From the IMG/VR virus record IMGVR_UViG_3300045988_102880, positions 1-45,006 of that record: a stretch of DNA of 45,006 bases; one strand, 5' to 3'. The notes under the pieces are model-generated. The model had not been told where the DNA came from. It was given only the letters and a program-made list of their open reading frames with translations, and did not search any database. Of this stretch, positions 24,433 through 31,636 are shown one piece after another; positions within the stretch are counted from its first letter, which is position 1; every line of letters starts with the position of its first letter. The stretch is from a virus. The position numbers were made by a program, and so were the translations under genes.

Positions 24433-24808
24433 AACATCCTCCTAAACGTGATTATTAACCGCCCGTCAGCGGTATGGATTCAGCCGGATAAACCACCGGC
24501 GGGGTAATCGGAACACCCGGGATCGAACCGGAACAAAGGGCGCGACCCTTCACATCTGCCATTGATGATATGTTCCATATGCTGTCTTTCCAGCCGTCAG
24601 CCCGGACACCAGGCACAATGCGCATGTCGGACATTGCATCCGCTTTTCAACCTCCCGGTTTGGCCGTGTTGCCGGAGGTTAGCAACACCCGGTTTCTATT
24701 AAGGACATGCGCGCCATTCAACAAGTTACCAAAAGGAAAGAAGGTGCATATGGTTTCACCACACATTCATCATATCTTGTATACTGCTGTCTCCTGTCAC
24801 CACATCAT
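24433..24808 (-). ncRNA. Candidate structured RNA / structured leader (pseudoknot domain plus tRNA-like cloverleaf)
   Basis: 376 nt with no ORF of 60 codons or more, about 56% G+C by hand count over 24461-24720. A 9-bp closing stem (24620-24628 / 24704-24712) encloses an H-type pseudoknot (24666-72/24682-88 and 24649-55/24674-80). A cloverleaf lies at 24508-24577. Confidence 0.45.
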
Positions 24809-25237
24809 TTACGCATCTGCCAACATGCGGATCCGGTTCATAATTTCCCGCTTTTCCTCCTGGAAGTCAGAATCCATAATCATTGCAGACAAAAGATCGT
24901 ACATCTCAACCATCAGCCGTCCAACAGCTTCCATCAACTTGTCCTTATGGCCCTGATCTCCGGTCTTCTTGTAATCCTGTTTAGCCGCAAGATATACATC
25001 GTATAACGCATCTATGTTATGGTCATATCTGCCGTTGGAATACTTCTTGATAAGCCCTTCCGCAACCTCAGACACGGTTTCTTTACTCACGTATGAGCCG
25101 GATTCCATGCATTTAAGGTTGTTAATCACACTCGTCAGCTTAAAGATCGTATCCAAATTATTCGCCGTCAGCTTTTCTTCCGCATTTTTCTTTTCGATTT
25201 CAAGCTGTTTTTCCATTACTTCAATCAGTTTATGCAT
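24809..25237 (-). CDS. Hypothetical helical protein, 142 aa
   Basis: Same-strand ORF overlapping the upstream gene by 8 nt. Confidence 0.55.
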   Translation of the reverse strand: MHKLIEVMEKQLEIEKKNAEEKLTANNLDTIFKLTSVINNLKCMESGSYVSKETVSEVAEGLIKKYSNGRYDHNIDALYDVYLAAKQDYKKTGDQGHKDKLMEAVGRLMVEMYDLLSAMIMDSDFQEEKREIMNRIRMLADA

Positions 25238-25826
25238 ACTTTTCCACCTCTTTCAGCTTATCCCGGTATTTATCGTGGATATCTTTCTGACTCTCGACAA
25301 TATAAGTCATGTCGTACCCTGTGGATATCAGGTCAACCATGATTCGCTCCAAGCATTTCAGCTCTTTGTCCACATCTTCCACCAGTTCATCCACATAGAT
25401 AGCATCTGCGATCATGCCGCCGGTCCGTAACTCGGTCGCGTACTTTTCATACAATTCTTTTGTCGTGGACTCCCATTCTCGATACTGCAGGAATCCATCT
25501 TCAACCGCTTTCTGCTTCGTGGACTTGCCAACACTCATTCTATTTGCAGTCTTCCATCCATCCGGAATCATCTGAACGACTCCGTCATAGCGATCCGGGA
25601 TGATCTGGTTATGGTGGTTGATATAATACCGGTTGAGACATCTGCGCTCTTTGCCTTCGTCAAAATACTGGTATTCGTGGATCCGCTTATATCCTCGGAA
25701 TCCAAGAAAATCAAAGTAATCTGCCATCTGAGAATGGAACATAAGCGCAGCTATCATTCTTGCATTGATCTCCGCAAAGATATCTTCTGTACTGTGCACG
25801 TCTGTCTTGCTTTTAAAGGTAATCAA
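25230..25826 (-). CDS. Ferritin-like four-helix-bundle protein (ferroxidase ligands apparently not conserved)
   Basis: FAEINARMIAALMFHSQMADYFDFLGFRGYKRIHEYQYFDEGKERRCLNRYYINHHNQIIP aligns by eye with the ferritin helix A-B region (LNEQMNLELY..YQQMS.W....F.G.A.FL..HA.EE..H...L..YL). The E / ExxH positions differ. Confidence 0.45.
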   Translation of the reverse strand: MITFKSKTDVHSTEDIFAEINARMIAALMFHSQMADYFDFLGFRGYKRIHEYQYFDEGKERRCLNRYYINHHNQIIPDRYDGVVQMIPDGWKTANRMSVGKSTKQKAVEDGFLQYREWESTTKELYEKYATELRTGGMIADAIYVDELVEDVDKELKCLERIMVDLISTGYDMTYIVESQKDIHDKYRDKLKEVEKYA

Positions 25827-25841
25827 TCAGATCACCCCCTG

Positions 25842-26270
25842 TCATGACAGCTTTTTGATAATCAGATTTGCATCTTTAACAAGTACAGCTCCTGAGGAAA
25901 TGTTGCCAACAGATACAATCAAGGATGTTCCAGCCGGAACCGGAATCAGCGCAGATGCTCCGACATTCTGGAACACTCCTGCAGTAACCACTGTATAGTC
26001 CATTTCTGTTCCGCCGATTGCTTCGCCGTTAATCTCCATTGTCAAGACAGTTTCTCCAGCCGCTGAAGCTGTAATATTGCTATTAAACTGTACCTCAACC
26101 GCCATCGGCTGATTTGTACGGTTTGTAAGGGTAAACTGTCCGCTTCCCTCAATATGATTAAGCCATCCGCTGGCGCATCCGCATCTGCGTGATCTGACTC
26201 TTGTGCTGGTAAAAATTACATTCTGCCCTGCGCTGATTTGCTGCGCGTCTTTCGCGATTACATTTAACAT
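25842..26270 (-). CDS. Beta-rich protein resembling the C1q/TNF-like C-terminal domain of BclA exosporium proteins
   Basis: AAAGGAGACAAGAAT precedes the ATG. ..GQFTLTNRTNQPMAVEVQFNSNI..VLTMEINGEAIGGTEM..GTSLIVSVGNISSGAVLVKDANLIIKKL has a strand pattern like the BclA C-terminal domain. Confidence 0.4.
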   Translation of the reverse strand: MLNVIAKDAQQISAGQNVIFTSTRVRSRRCGCASGWLNHIEGSGQFTLTNRTNQPMAVEVQFNSNITASAAGETVLTMEINGEAIGGTEMDYTVVTAGVFQNVGASALIPVPAGTSLIVSVGNISSGAVLVKDANLIIKKLS

Positions 26271-26331
26271 ATTCTTGTCTCCTTTCAAAAAACAAAGAGG
26301 GCAAGCAATGCCTACCCTCTTCTGTGCACGA

Positions 26332-26541
26332 CTACTCAGTAGCCTTGGATTCTTCCAACATGCTGATTATCTTCTTTTGATTTTCCAGTATCCGCTCTAG
26401 ATACTTTTTGTCCTGCTCTTGCAAATGTCTTGCGAGATCTGCGTTGCTTTCTTGCGACAGGTCGCTCTGGTAATTGAGTGCCTGAAGAAAAACTCCGAGC
26501 AGGTTTAAAAGATCCAGAGCAGTCAGCTCCTTGTTGTTCAC
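26332..26541 (-). CDS. Hypothetical helical protein, 69 aa
   Basis: Overlaps the upstream stop by 4 nt (translational coupling). Confidence 0.5.
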   Translation of the reverse strand: MNNKELTALDLLNLLGVFLQALNYQSDLSQESNADLARHLQEQDKKYLERILENQKKIISMLEESKATE

Positions 26542-27230
26542 AGCACGTTACCACTGCCGCAGCACCCGCCCCCGTAAAAAGAACCGGTGTTGTACGCAAA
26601 GTACGGGCTGCAAGTCAGATACGCCGGTGTCGGTGTCGGTCTGATTGCATCAACAATGTTCTTGGTCTGGTTGACCTGGGAAATCTGCCAGTATGCAGTC
26701 TGGAGATCTCTGTCTCTGTCTGCCAGCTTGTCGCGGAGTCCCTGAATGGTATTATCCTGCATAAGCTGTCTGGTAGCCTGTCCGTCAGCCAGAATGCTCT
26801 CTTTGATATCACAGCAACACTGTGCCATCTGCGCCTGGATGTTCTGCGCCATTAACGCAGAATCATACCGGCTCTGCAGGATTTCCTTCTGTGTTTCGCA
26901 ACAACACTGCTGGGACTGTGCTCCCAACTGCTGCATTCCGAGCTGGTTAGTGTACCGGTTTTCCAGCACATCCCTCTGGGTCTGACATGCTGTGTTGGAT
27001 ACATTCTGATTGGTATTAAAGATATCGCGCTTTACAAACTCATCAGAGATAAAGTTATCATGCACGCCCGTCTCAACACCGCCGCGGTTCCATCCGCCCA
27101 TCATCGGGAAGATGAATGCAAGCAGGATAATCCAGATCCACCAGCCACCGCCGCCCCACATGCCATCATTGTCATTTCTTGTAACTGCTGCCACATCCGC
27201 AGCCGTTAAGCCCATGCCATCGTTTGTCAT
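26538..27230 (-). CDS. Membrane-anchored Cys-cluster repeat protein, 230 aa
   Basis: TM stretch GGGGWWIWIILLAFIFPMMGGW. Three ~29-aa repeats: ACQTQRDVLENRYTN.., CCCETQKEILQSRYDS.., CCCDIKESILADGQAT... C-terminus PAYLTCSPYF..GGGCCGSGNVL. Confidence 0.6.
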   Translation of the reverse strand: MTNDGMGLTAADVAAVTRNDNDGMWGGGGWWIWIILLAFIFPMMGGWNRGGVETGVHDNFISDEFVKRDIFNTNQNVSNTACQTQRDVLENRYTNQLGMQQLGAQSQQCCCETQKEILQSRYDSALMAQNIQAQMAQCCCDIKESILADGQATRQLMQDNTIQGLRDKLADRDRDLQTAYWQISQVNQTKNIVDAIRPTPTPAYLTCSPYFAYNTGSFYGGGCCGSGNVL

Positions 27231-27284
27231 GTTGGTTGTCTCCTTATCATATATTTATCAAGCCGTTGCGCACCGGCGAGATAG

Positions 27285-27542
27285 CTATTTAATCATTTTT
27301 GCAATTTGCCCAAGATCCATTCCGTTCTGTCGGCACATCTGCTCAAATACCTGTTGTGGATTTTTTCCCTGGCACATATCCATTGCCTTTTTTATGTTCG
27401 GATTCTGCTGTGCCAATATGTCCATTGCAGCATGCGGATTCTCAAACTGTTTAATCTGGTTTACCACCTGCATAGCTTGTGATATAGCAGACATAGGGTT
27501 GTTTCCACCTGCGTTACCCATCATACCCATTAAAGGATTCAT
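27285..27542 (-). CDS. Small helical protein with NP-motif repeats, 85 aa
   Basis: MNPLMGMMGNAGGNNP..FENPHAAMDILAQQNPNIKKAMDMCQGKNPQQVFEQM. 4-nt overlap with the upstream gene. Confidence 0.55.
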   Translation of the reverse strand: MNPLMGMMGNAGGNNPMSAISQAMQVVNQIKQFENPHAAMDILAQQNPNIKKAMDMCQGKNPQQVFEQMCRQNGMDLGQIAKMIK

Positions 27543-27970
27543 AAGGTTTCCTCCTTCTTCTCCTGCGCCGGTTCACCCAATTTTGTGAGTAACGCATTAA
27601 ATTCCTCGCGGGTCACATAATCATTGCTTTTCTGAGGTGCTGTGGGCGCGTCAAGTGGAATTTCATGGAACTGAAATGCCTTAAAAGTAGCACTTCCCAT
27701 GTTATCCACGGTTTTTACATAAAAAATAGGAGAGTTATTGTCCATCATCCATGCAATGTTTCCAGGCTGTACAATCTGGTTCTTTGCCCCATCAACTCCG
27801 GCCACATAAATCCAGTTGACATTCTGTGTAGGTATCGCCGGTTGTGCTGGCATTTGATTCGGGTACTGCATCTGCTGCCTTTGCTGTTCCATCTGTTGGA
27901 TACGTTGCTGGATTTCCAACTGATCCGGTGTCATCATGTTCATTCCGTACACTGGCGGCATATATCCCAT
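27539..27970 (-). CDS. Gln-rich N-terminus / beta-rich C-terminus protein, 143 aa
   Basis: GGGAGGGATAGCT precedes the ATG. QLEIQQRIQQMEQQRQQMQYPNQMPAQP, then NVNWIYVAGVDGAKNQIVQPGNIAWMMDNNSPIFYVKTVDNMG. Confidence 0.55.
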   Translation of the reverse strand: MGYMPPVYGMNMMTPDQLEIQQRIQQMEQQRQQMQYPNQMPAQPAIPTQNVNWIYVAGVDGAKNQIVQPGNIAWMMDNNSPIFYVKTVDNMGSATFKAFQFHEIPLDAPTAPQKSNDYVTREEFNALLTKLGEPAQEKKEETL

Positions 27971-27993
27971 AGCTATCCCTCCCATGCCTTCAA

Positions 27994-28012
27994 ATCATCC
28001 AAAACGGATGAT
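27994..28012. promoter_or_regulatory. Inverted repeat atcatcc-N5-ggatgat upstream of the seven-gene cassette
   Basis: 7-bp arms, 24 nt upstream of the start codon at 27970 and just downstream of the terminator. Confidence 0.35.
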
Positions 28013-28057
28013 ATGGATATGAAATCTTTGCTAACTTTTTATATATAAATTATGGCA

Positions 28058-28092
28058 TAAAAAAGGAGCCTTGATAGTATCATCAAAGGCTC
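28058..28092 (-). terminator. Rho-independent terminator inside the head-gene block
   Basis: Minus strand reads gagcctttgatg-atac-tatcaaggctc (one bulge) followed by cTTTTTTat. It lies 10 nt after the HTH gene stop. Confidence 0.7.
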
Positions 28093-28101
28093 GTAAAAGT
28101 C

Positions 28102-28302
28102 TCAACACACTTTTATAATCTTTCTGTTTACTCTACAGCTCAACCGCTTAATAGTTGCACTGCTCATATTCATGATTTCCGCACACTGCATCAACGGTAC
28201 ACCCTGCGCCCGATATTCAAACAATGTTCGCTCCTCTGGTGTAAAGTTTGCCATCCGCCGAAAGCGGTCAAGTTCCGGCACCGTAAAATCATAAATTTTC
28301 AA
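28102..28302 (-). CDS. Small sigma-70 region-4 / LuxR-type HTH protein, 66 aa (TTG start)
   Basis: FTPEERTLFEYRAQGVPLMQCAEIMNMSSATIKRLSCRVNRKI; AGAGGG lies 6 nt before the TTG. Confidence 0.6.
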   Translation of the reverse strand: MKIYDFTVPELDRFRRMANFTPEERTLFEYRAQGVPLMQCAEIMNMSSATIKRLSCRVNRKIIKVC

Positions 28303-28313
28303 TATTAACCCTC

Positions 28314-28646
28314 TTATTTGTCTGTCAATGCATGAATCAGATCGTCCCTCGTTTTTTTTAGACCCTCGACATTGTTCCCGGTAATTTTGTTCTCGATCAG
28401 ATCAAACATACTACGCATTAACAGACTCATATCATTCCTGTTCTGGTTGATATCCTTGTAGTCCTGATTTAGCTTAGATTTGATATCTTTGATATCGGAC
28501 TCAATCGTATCCAGCCTACACTTAATGTCCGTCTGTGGTTTCTTTGCTCCGGCATAAATCTTATAGATCACACCGCCAGCAGCTCCGATCACGGTAACTG
28601 CTCCGCAAATCTGCAAAAGAGCCTGTCCAAATTCCATATAATTCAT
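28314..28646 (-). CDS. N-terminally anchored coiled-coil membrane protein, 110 aa (BhlA/UviB-like architecture)
   Basis: TM stretch ALLQICGAVTVIGAAGGVIYKIY followed by coiled coil. ATGA overlap with the upstream micro-ORF. Confidence 0.55.
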   Translation of the reverse strand: MNYMEFGQALLQICGAVTVIGAAGGVIYKIYAGAKKPQTDIKCRLDTIESDIKDIKSKLNQDYKDINQNRNDMSLLMRSMFDLIENKITGNNVEGLKKTRDDLIHALTDK

Positions 28647-28789
28647 TCGTTTTTCACCTCTGATTCATAATGATCGCACTTTTTACAGTCTTCTCTATCA
28701 GGGAACCCAAGTATATAATCGCTCTTTTCGCATACGCATATGTCCTCGCATAAATGTATGCAACGTTTCTCTTTCGGTTTATCATCCAT
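28643..28789 (-). CDS. Cys-rich micro-protein, 48 aa (not in the ORF track)
   Basis: MDDKPKEKRCIHLCEDICVCEKSDYILGFPDREDCKKCDHYESEVKNE. TAATG overlap with the minor capsid stop and ATGA overlap with the next start. Confidence 0.5.
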   Translation of the reverse strand: MDDKPKEKRCIHLCEDICVCEKSDYILGFPDREDCKKCDHYESEVKNE

Positions 28790-30018
28790 TAGCTTATCCC
28801 CTTTGCATCCTTATAGAGCTTTGCATCAGCCCTTGCCTTTCGCACCTGCTCCCGCTGCCACTTTGCCATCTGTAGCCGCTCGTTCTGTGGCTTTAGATTG
28901 TTGTCCTTGCAGTATTGGCTGTATGCAGTTGACTGTCTTTCAAGCAGATAAGACTTGCGCTCCAGAAGTTGCTGAAGCTCAAACCTTGCCGCATCGTCCT
29001 TAGTATTCTGCACCGCATCCTGCAAAGCCATAACCGCCCGCTTGGTGCTCCTGATTCTTCGCTCCAATAACCTCTGTCGTTTCTGAGCCTGTTCTGCCTT
29101 GTAGTTGTCCGCCTGGTTGATCTCCTTGTATGGGTTATCTTCTGATCGGCCTGTCCCAGATCCGAATGAGTGACGGCAATTCCATCCACACAGTCCCTCA
29201 CCTGTGCCGTATCCTGTGGACTCTTTGAAATCCGGGAACCGCTTATCTATTCCGGTGCGGGAATAATACTGCCCTTGCCACCATAGATGATTACTCGGAT
29301 TCTGCCCTCCATCTCCGGTACGTGCGCCCACATGAGCAGATACAAGAATGATATCCCAGTCCATCTCTTCCATGCGCTTTAAGGCTATGTCTCCTGTCGC
29401 CTGTGCTATCCCTGTCCGTACTGCACGCGCTGTGGCAGTCTCCAGCGTGTCCTTGTGACCTGTTGGGTATATGATTACCGCGCCACTGTCTATAGCCATT
29501 TCCACCGCTTCTCTGACCGCCTGTGCGTATGATGTTGCTCCGGTCATAACCTTGTTGTACGCAAGGTCACATGCTGTTATATACGTCCTTTGAGCCATTT
29601 CTGCCGTTGTCCTTGTAAAGTTATCCCACTCGCCAAGAGTTGCCAGCATATTACGCTCCATGAGCCGTATAAGTCCTGGAGACTGCTCTAAAGGCATAGG
29701 AGATAACCCGGCATCAGTATAAACCTTGTGGTCATATTCTAAAGCCTTAACCCCGGCTTCTTCCATTGATGCTTTAATCTCTTTTTTCTGCAGCTTTGTC
29801 CTTTTTGCGAGTTCGGCTGTTATCTCTTCTAACAGATATCCTGATTCCTGCAGTGTCTCAATACTCCATCGGTCTGTTCCAGACAATATATAGTCTTTCC
29901 CTTTTCCGATCCGCCGGAGTATTCGGATCACAAGACGGTCAATGATATAATCATGCAGATCGGACGCTATCTTTTCGCTTCCTTCCGCCACGTTGCGGAG
30001 ATATTCCGGGTCAAGCAT
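28789..30018 (-). CDS. Head morphogenesis / minor capsid protein (Mu F / SPP1 gp7 / Phage_min_cap2-like)
   Basis: 409 aa after the portal gene. ..HVGARTGDGGQNPSNHLWWQGQYY..GEGLCGWNCRHSF motif. Confidence 0.75.
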   Translation of the reverse strand: MLDPEYLRNVAEGSEKIASDLHDYIIDRLVIRILRRIGKGKDYILSGTDRWSIETLQESGYLLEEITAELAKRTKLQKKEIKASMEEAGVKALEYDHKVYTDAGLSPMPLEQSPGLIRLMERNMLATLGEWDNFTRTTAEMAQRTYITACDLAYNKVMTGATSYAQAVREAVEMAIDSGAVIIYPTGHKDTLETATARAVRTGIAQATGDIALKRMEEMDWDIILVSAHVGARTGDGGQNPSNHLWWQGQYYSRTGIDKRFPDFKESTGYGTGEGLCGWNCRHSFGSGTGRSEDNPYKEINQADNYKAEQAQKRQRLLERRIRSTKRAVMALQDAVQNTKDDAARFELQQLLERKSYLLERQSTAYSQYCKDNNLKPQNERLQMAKWQREQVRKARADAKLYKDAKGIS

Positions 30019-30199
30019 TTTTTATATACCCAGACTGGCATTCGCTCATCTTCTTGCAACTCATTTCACTATCGCAGAATACAGTTTCATTGCCTTCCAA
30101 AACGTTACCTTTATTGCAATATCTTTTCATATTTGCGATAACTTGGATTCTTGGGCATTCACATTCGAGACAACATTCTTTTAATCTGATCTCTACCAT
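30011..30199 (-). CDS. Cys-rich small protein, 62 aa
   Basis: GAGGAGGAATAG precedes the ATG; LKECCLECECPRIQ..YCNKG..FCDSEMSCKKMSEC. Confidence 0.5.
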   Translation of the reverse strand: MVEIRLKECCLECECPRIQVIANMKRYCNKGNVLEGNETVFCDSEMSCKKMSECQSGYIKNA

Positions 30200-31636
30200 C
30201 TATTCCTCCTCAAACAGCCCTTTTTCTTTTGGCTGTGCTTCTTCAACCATTTTCTTTGCTTCTTCTTCCGACATACCCTCGAATTTTTGGAAATACATCC
30301 ATGCCGGCACTTTTCCCTGCATTACATATTGCCACCAGCGTGCTCTGTCCTCTTCCCTGTTGTATGTGATATCTCCGAAGTCATAGGTTACCTCATATGT
30401 TCCAACAGGCGCAAGACCGTACAAATCTGCAAAGACATTCAGCGCATAGATTGTACCATTCAGGCACTCTTCCAGTTTATCTCGCACATCTTTGATATAC
30501 TGGATCGTCCTCCGGTCGTCAGCTTCCACCTGCGTAGCCGTCACCATTCCTGTGCTCTGGTTAAATACAAAGTATCCGTTGCTAAATCCGCACTTATAAC
30601 CAATCTGGGAAAGAAGCGCATCAATACCTTTCAAACGAGTATCTGTGTTGAGCTGGGGGGTAATCTCCTGGTAAAATTCCTTCTGGTCATTGCCGAACAC
30701 ATTCTTCACGTAATGCGGGAGCTTCATCTCTTCTCTTCTTCTCTCCCGCGTTTCTGTGGTCATGTTGCTCAGCTTCGTTCCGTCCGGAATCAGAAGACGA
30801 TCATCCGCAAGCACAATCTTCTCACTGTCGTAGATCTCGCCTGCATTCCGGCTGTATGCCACGTCCAGATCTCTTAGCTCCTCAATAGCCTCTGCATATA
30901 CCGGCAAACCCATAGGTGTTTCCAAATCCTTGTTGTTTGCCTGAGGTGTTCTCATCATGCCAAATAACGGACCATCAAGCCTTGATCCGTCCGCTTTGAG
31001 AATCGGCGGCGTCTCTTCCATGAGATTGCTCCAGACCGTGCCAGATAGTGACACCGGTTTCCCAATGTCACTTGGATTATTGGACACATAAGCCTTATTG
31101 GTTACTATGTACGGCTCTGTTCCGTCTTCTGCATGTTCAAATCTATGATATTCCAATCTGGTATAGTATTTGTCGTTATCCGTGTATGAATCGCGGAAGA
31201 TAATGCCCTTTACTCCCAGATTGTCGTACTCGATCAGTAGCACATCCGCAGGAGTAAATACATCAATGCCTGTCCCGTTCGGTTTTAGGAAGACCGTGCC
31301 ATACGCGCATCCATACTCTACCCAGTGCCGAATCTTGAAGTACATTGCATCAATCTGAGACTGCAGCCATGTTGCCCTGGCAGACCCATTAATAGTGATC
31401 CCTATCGCCAACGTAGTCAGCCGCGCTGTCTCTGAGCATACAGATTTTGCAAAGTTAATGGTCTTTACCCCGTCTTTGCCATTGACCCAATATGGATGTC
31501 CCGAATATATACCGTAGCAGACGCTGATAATCTTTTCCATTTCCGGCGACACTCGCGCCTTTACGTTAAAATCATCCTCTGCCTTTTTCTTAAAAATCAT
31601 AGTAAACCACCTCTTGATTGTTGCTATTAGTCCCAT
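30200..31636 (-). CDS. Portal protein (SPP1 Gp6-like)
   Basis: 478 aa directly after terL. An alternative start at 31600 (MIFKKK) has a better RBS. Confidence 0.85.
   Translation of the reverse strand: MGLIATIKRWFTMIFKKKAEDDFNVKARVSPEMEKIISVCYGIYSGHPYWVNGKDGVKTINFAKSVCSETARLTTLAIGITINGSARATWLQSQIDAMYFKIRHWVEYGCAYGTVFLKPNGTGIDVFTPADVLLIEYDNLGVKGIIFRDSYTDNDKYYTRLEYHRFEHAEDGTEPYIVTNKAYVSNNPSDIGKPVSLSGTVWSNLMEETPPILKADGSRLDGPLFGMMRTPQANNKDLETPMGLPVYAEAIEELRDLDVAYSRNAGEIYDSEKIVLADDRLLIPDGTKLSNMTTETRERRREEMKLPHYVKNVFGNDQKEFYQEITPQLNTDTRLKGIDALLSQIGYKCGFSNGYFVFNQSTGMVTATQVEADDRRTIQYIKDVRDKLEECLNGTIYALNVFADLYGLAPVGTYEVTYDFGDITYNREEDRARWWQYVMQGKVPAWMYFQKFEGMSEEEAKKMVEEAQPKEKGLFEEE

Noticed and set aside
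24508-24577. Functional tRNA or tmRNA gene in the scaffold-upstream spacer
   Set aside because: The cloverleaf has a 2-nt variable loop, an extra nucleotide before the D stem, a U-G first pair and no CCA. The anticodon stem can slip to a 5-nt loop. I found no tag reading frame ending in an Ala-Ala-type tail. I keep it only as a tRNA-like element within a candidate structured RNA.
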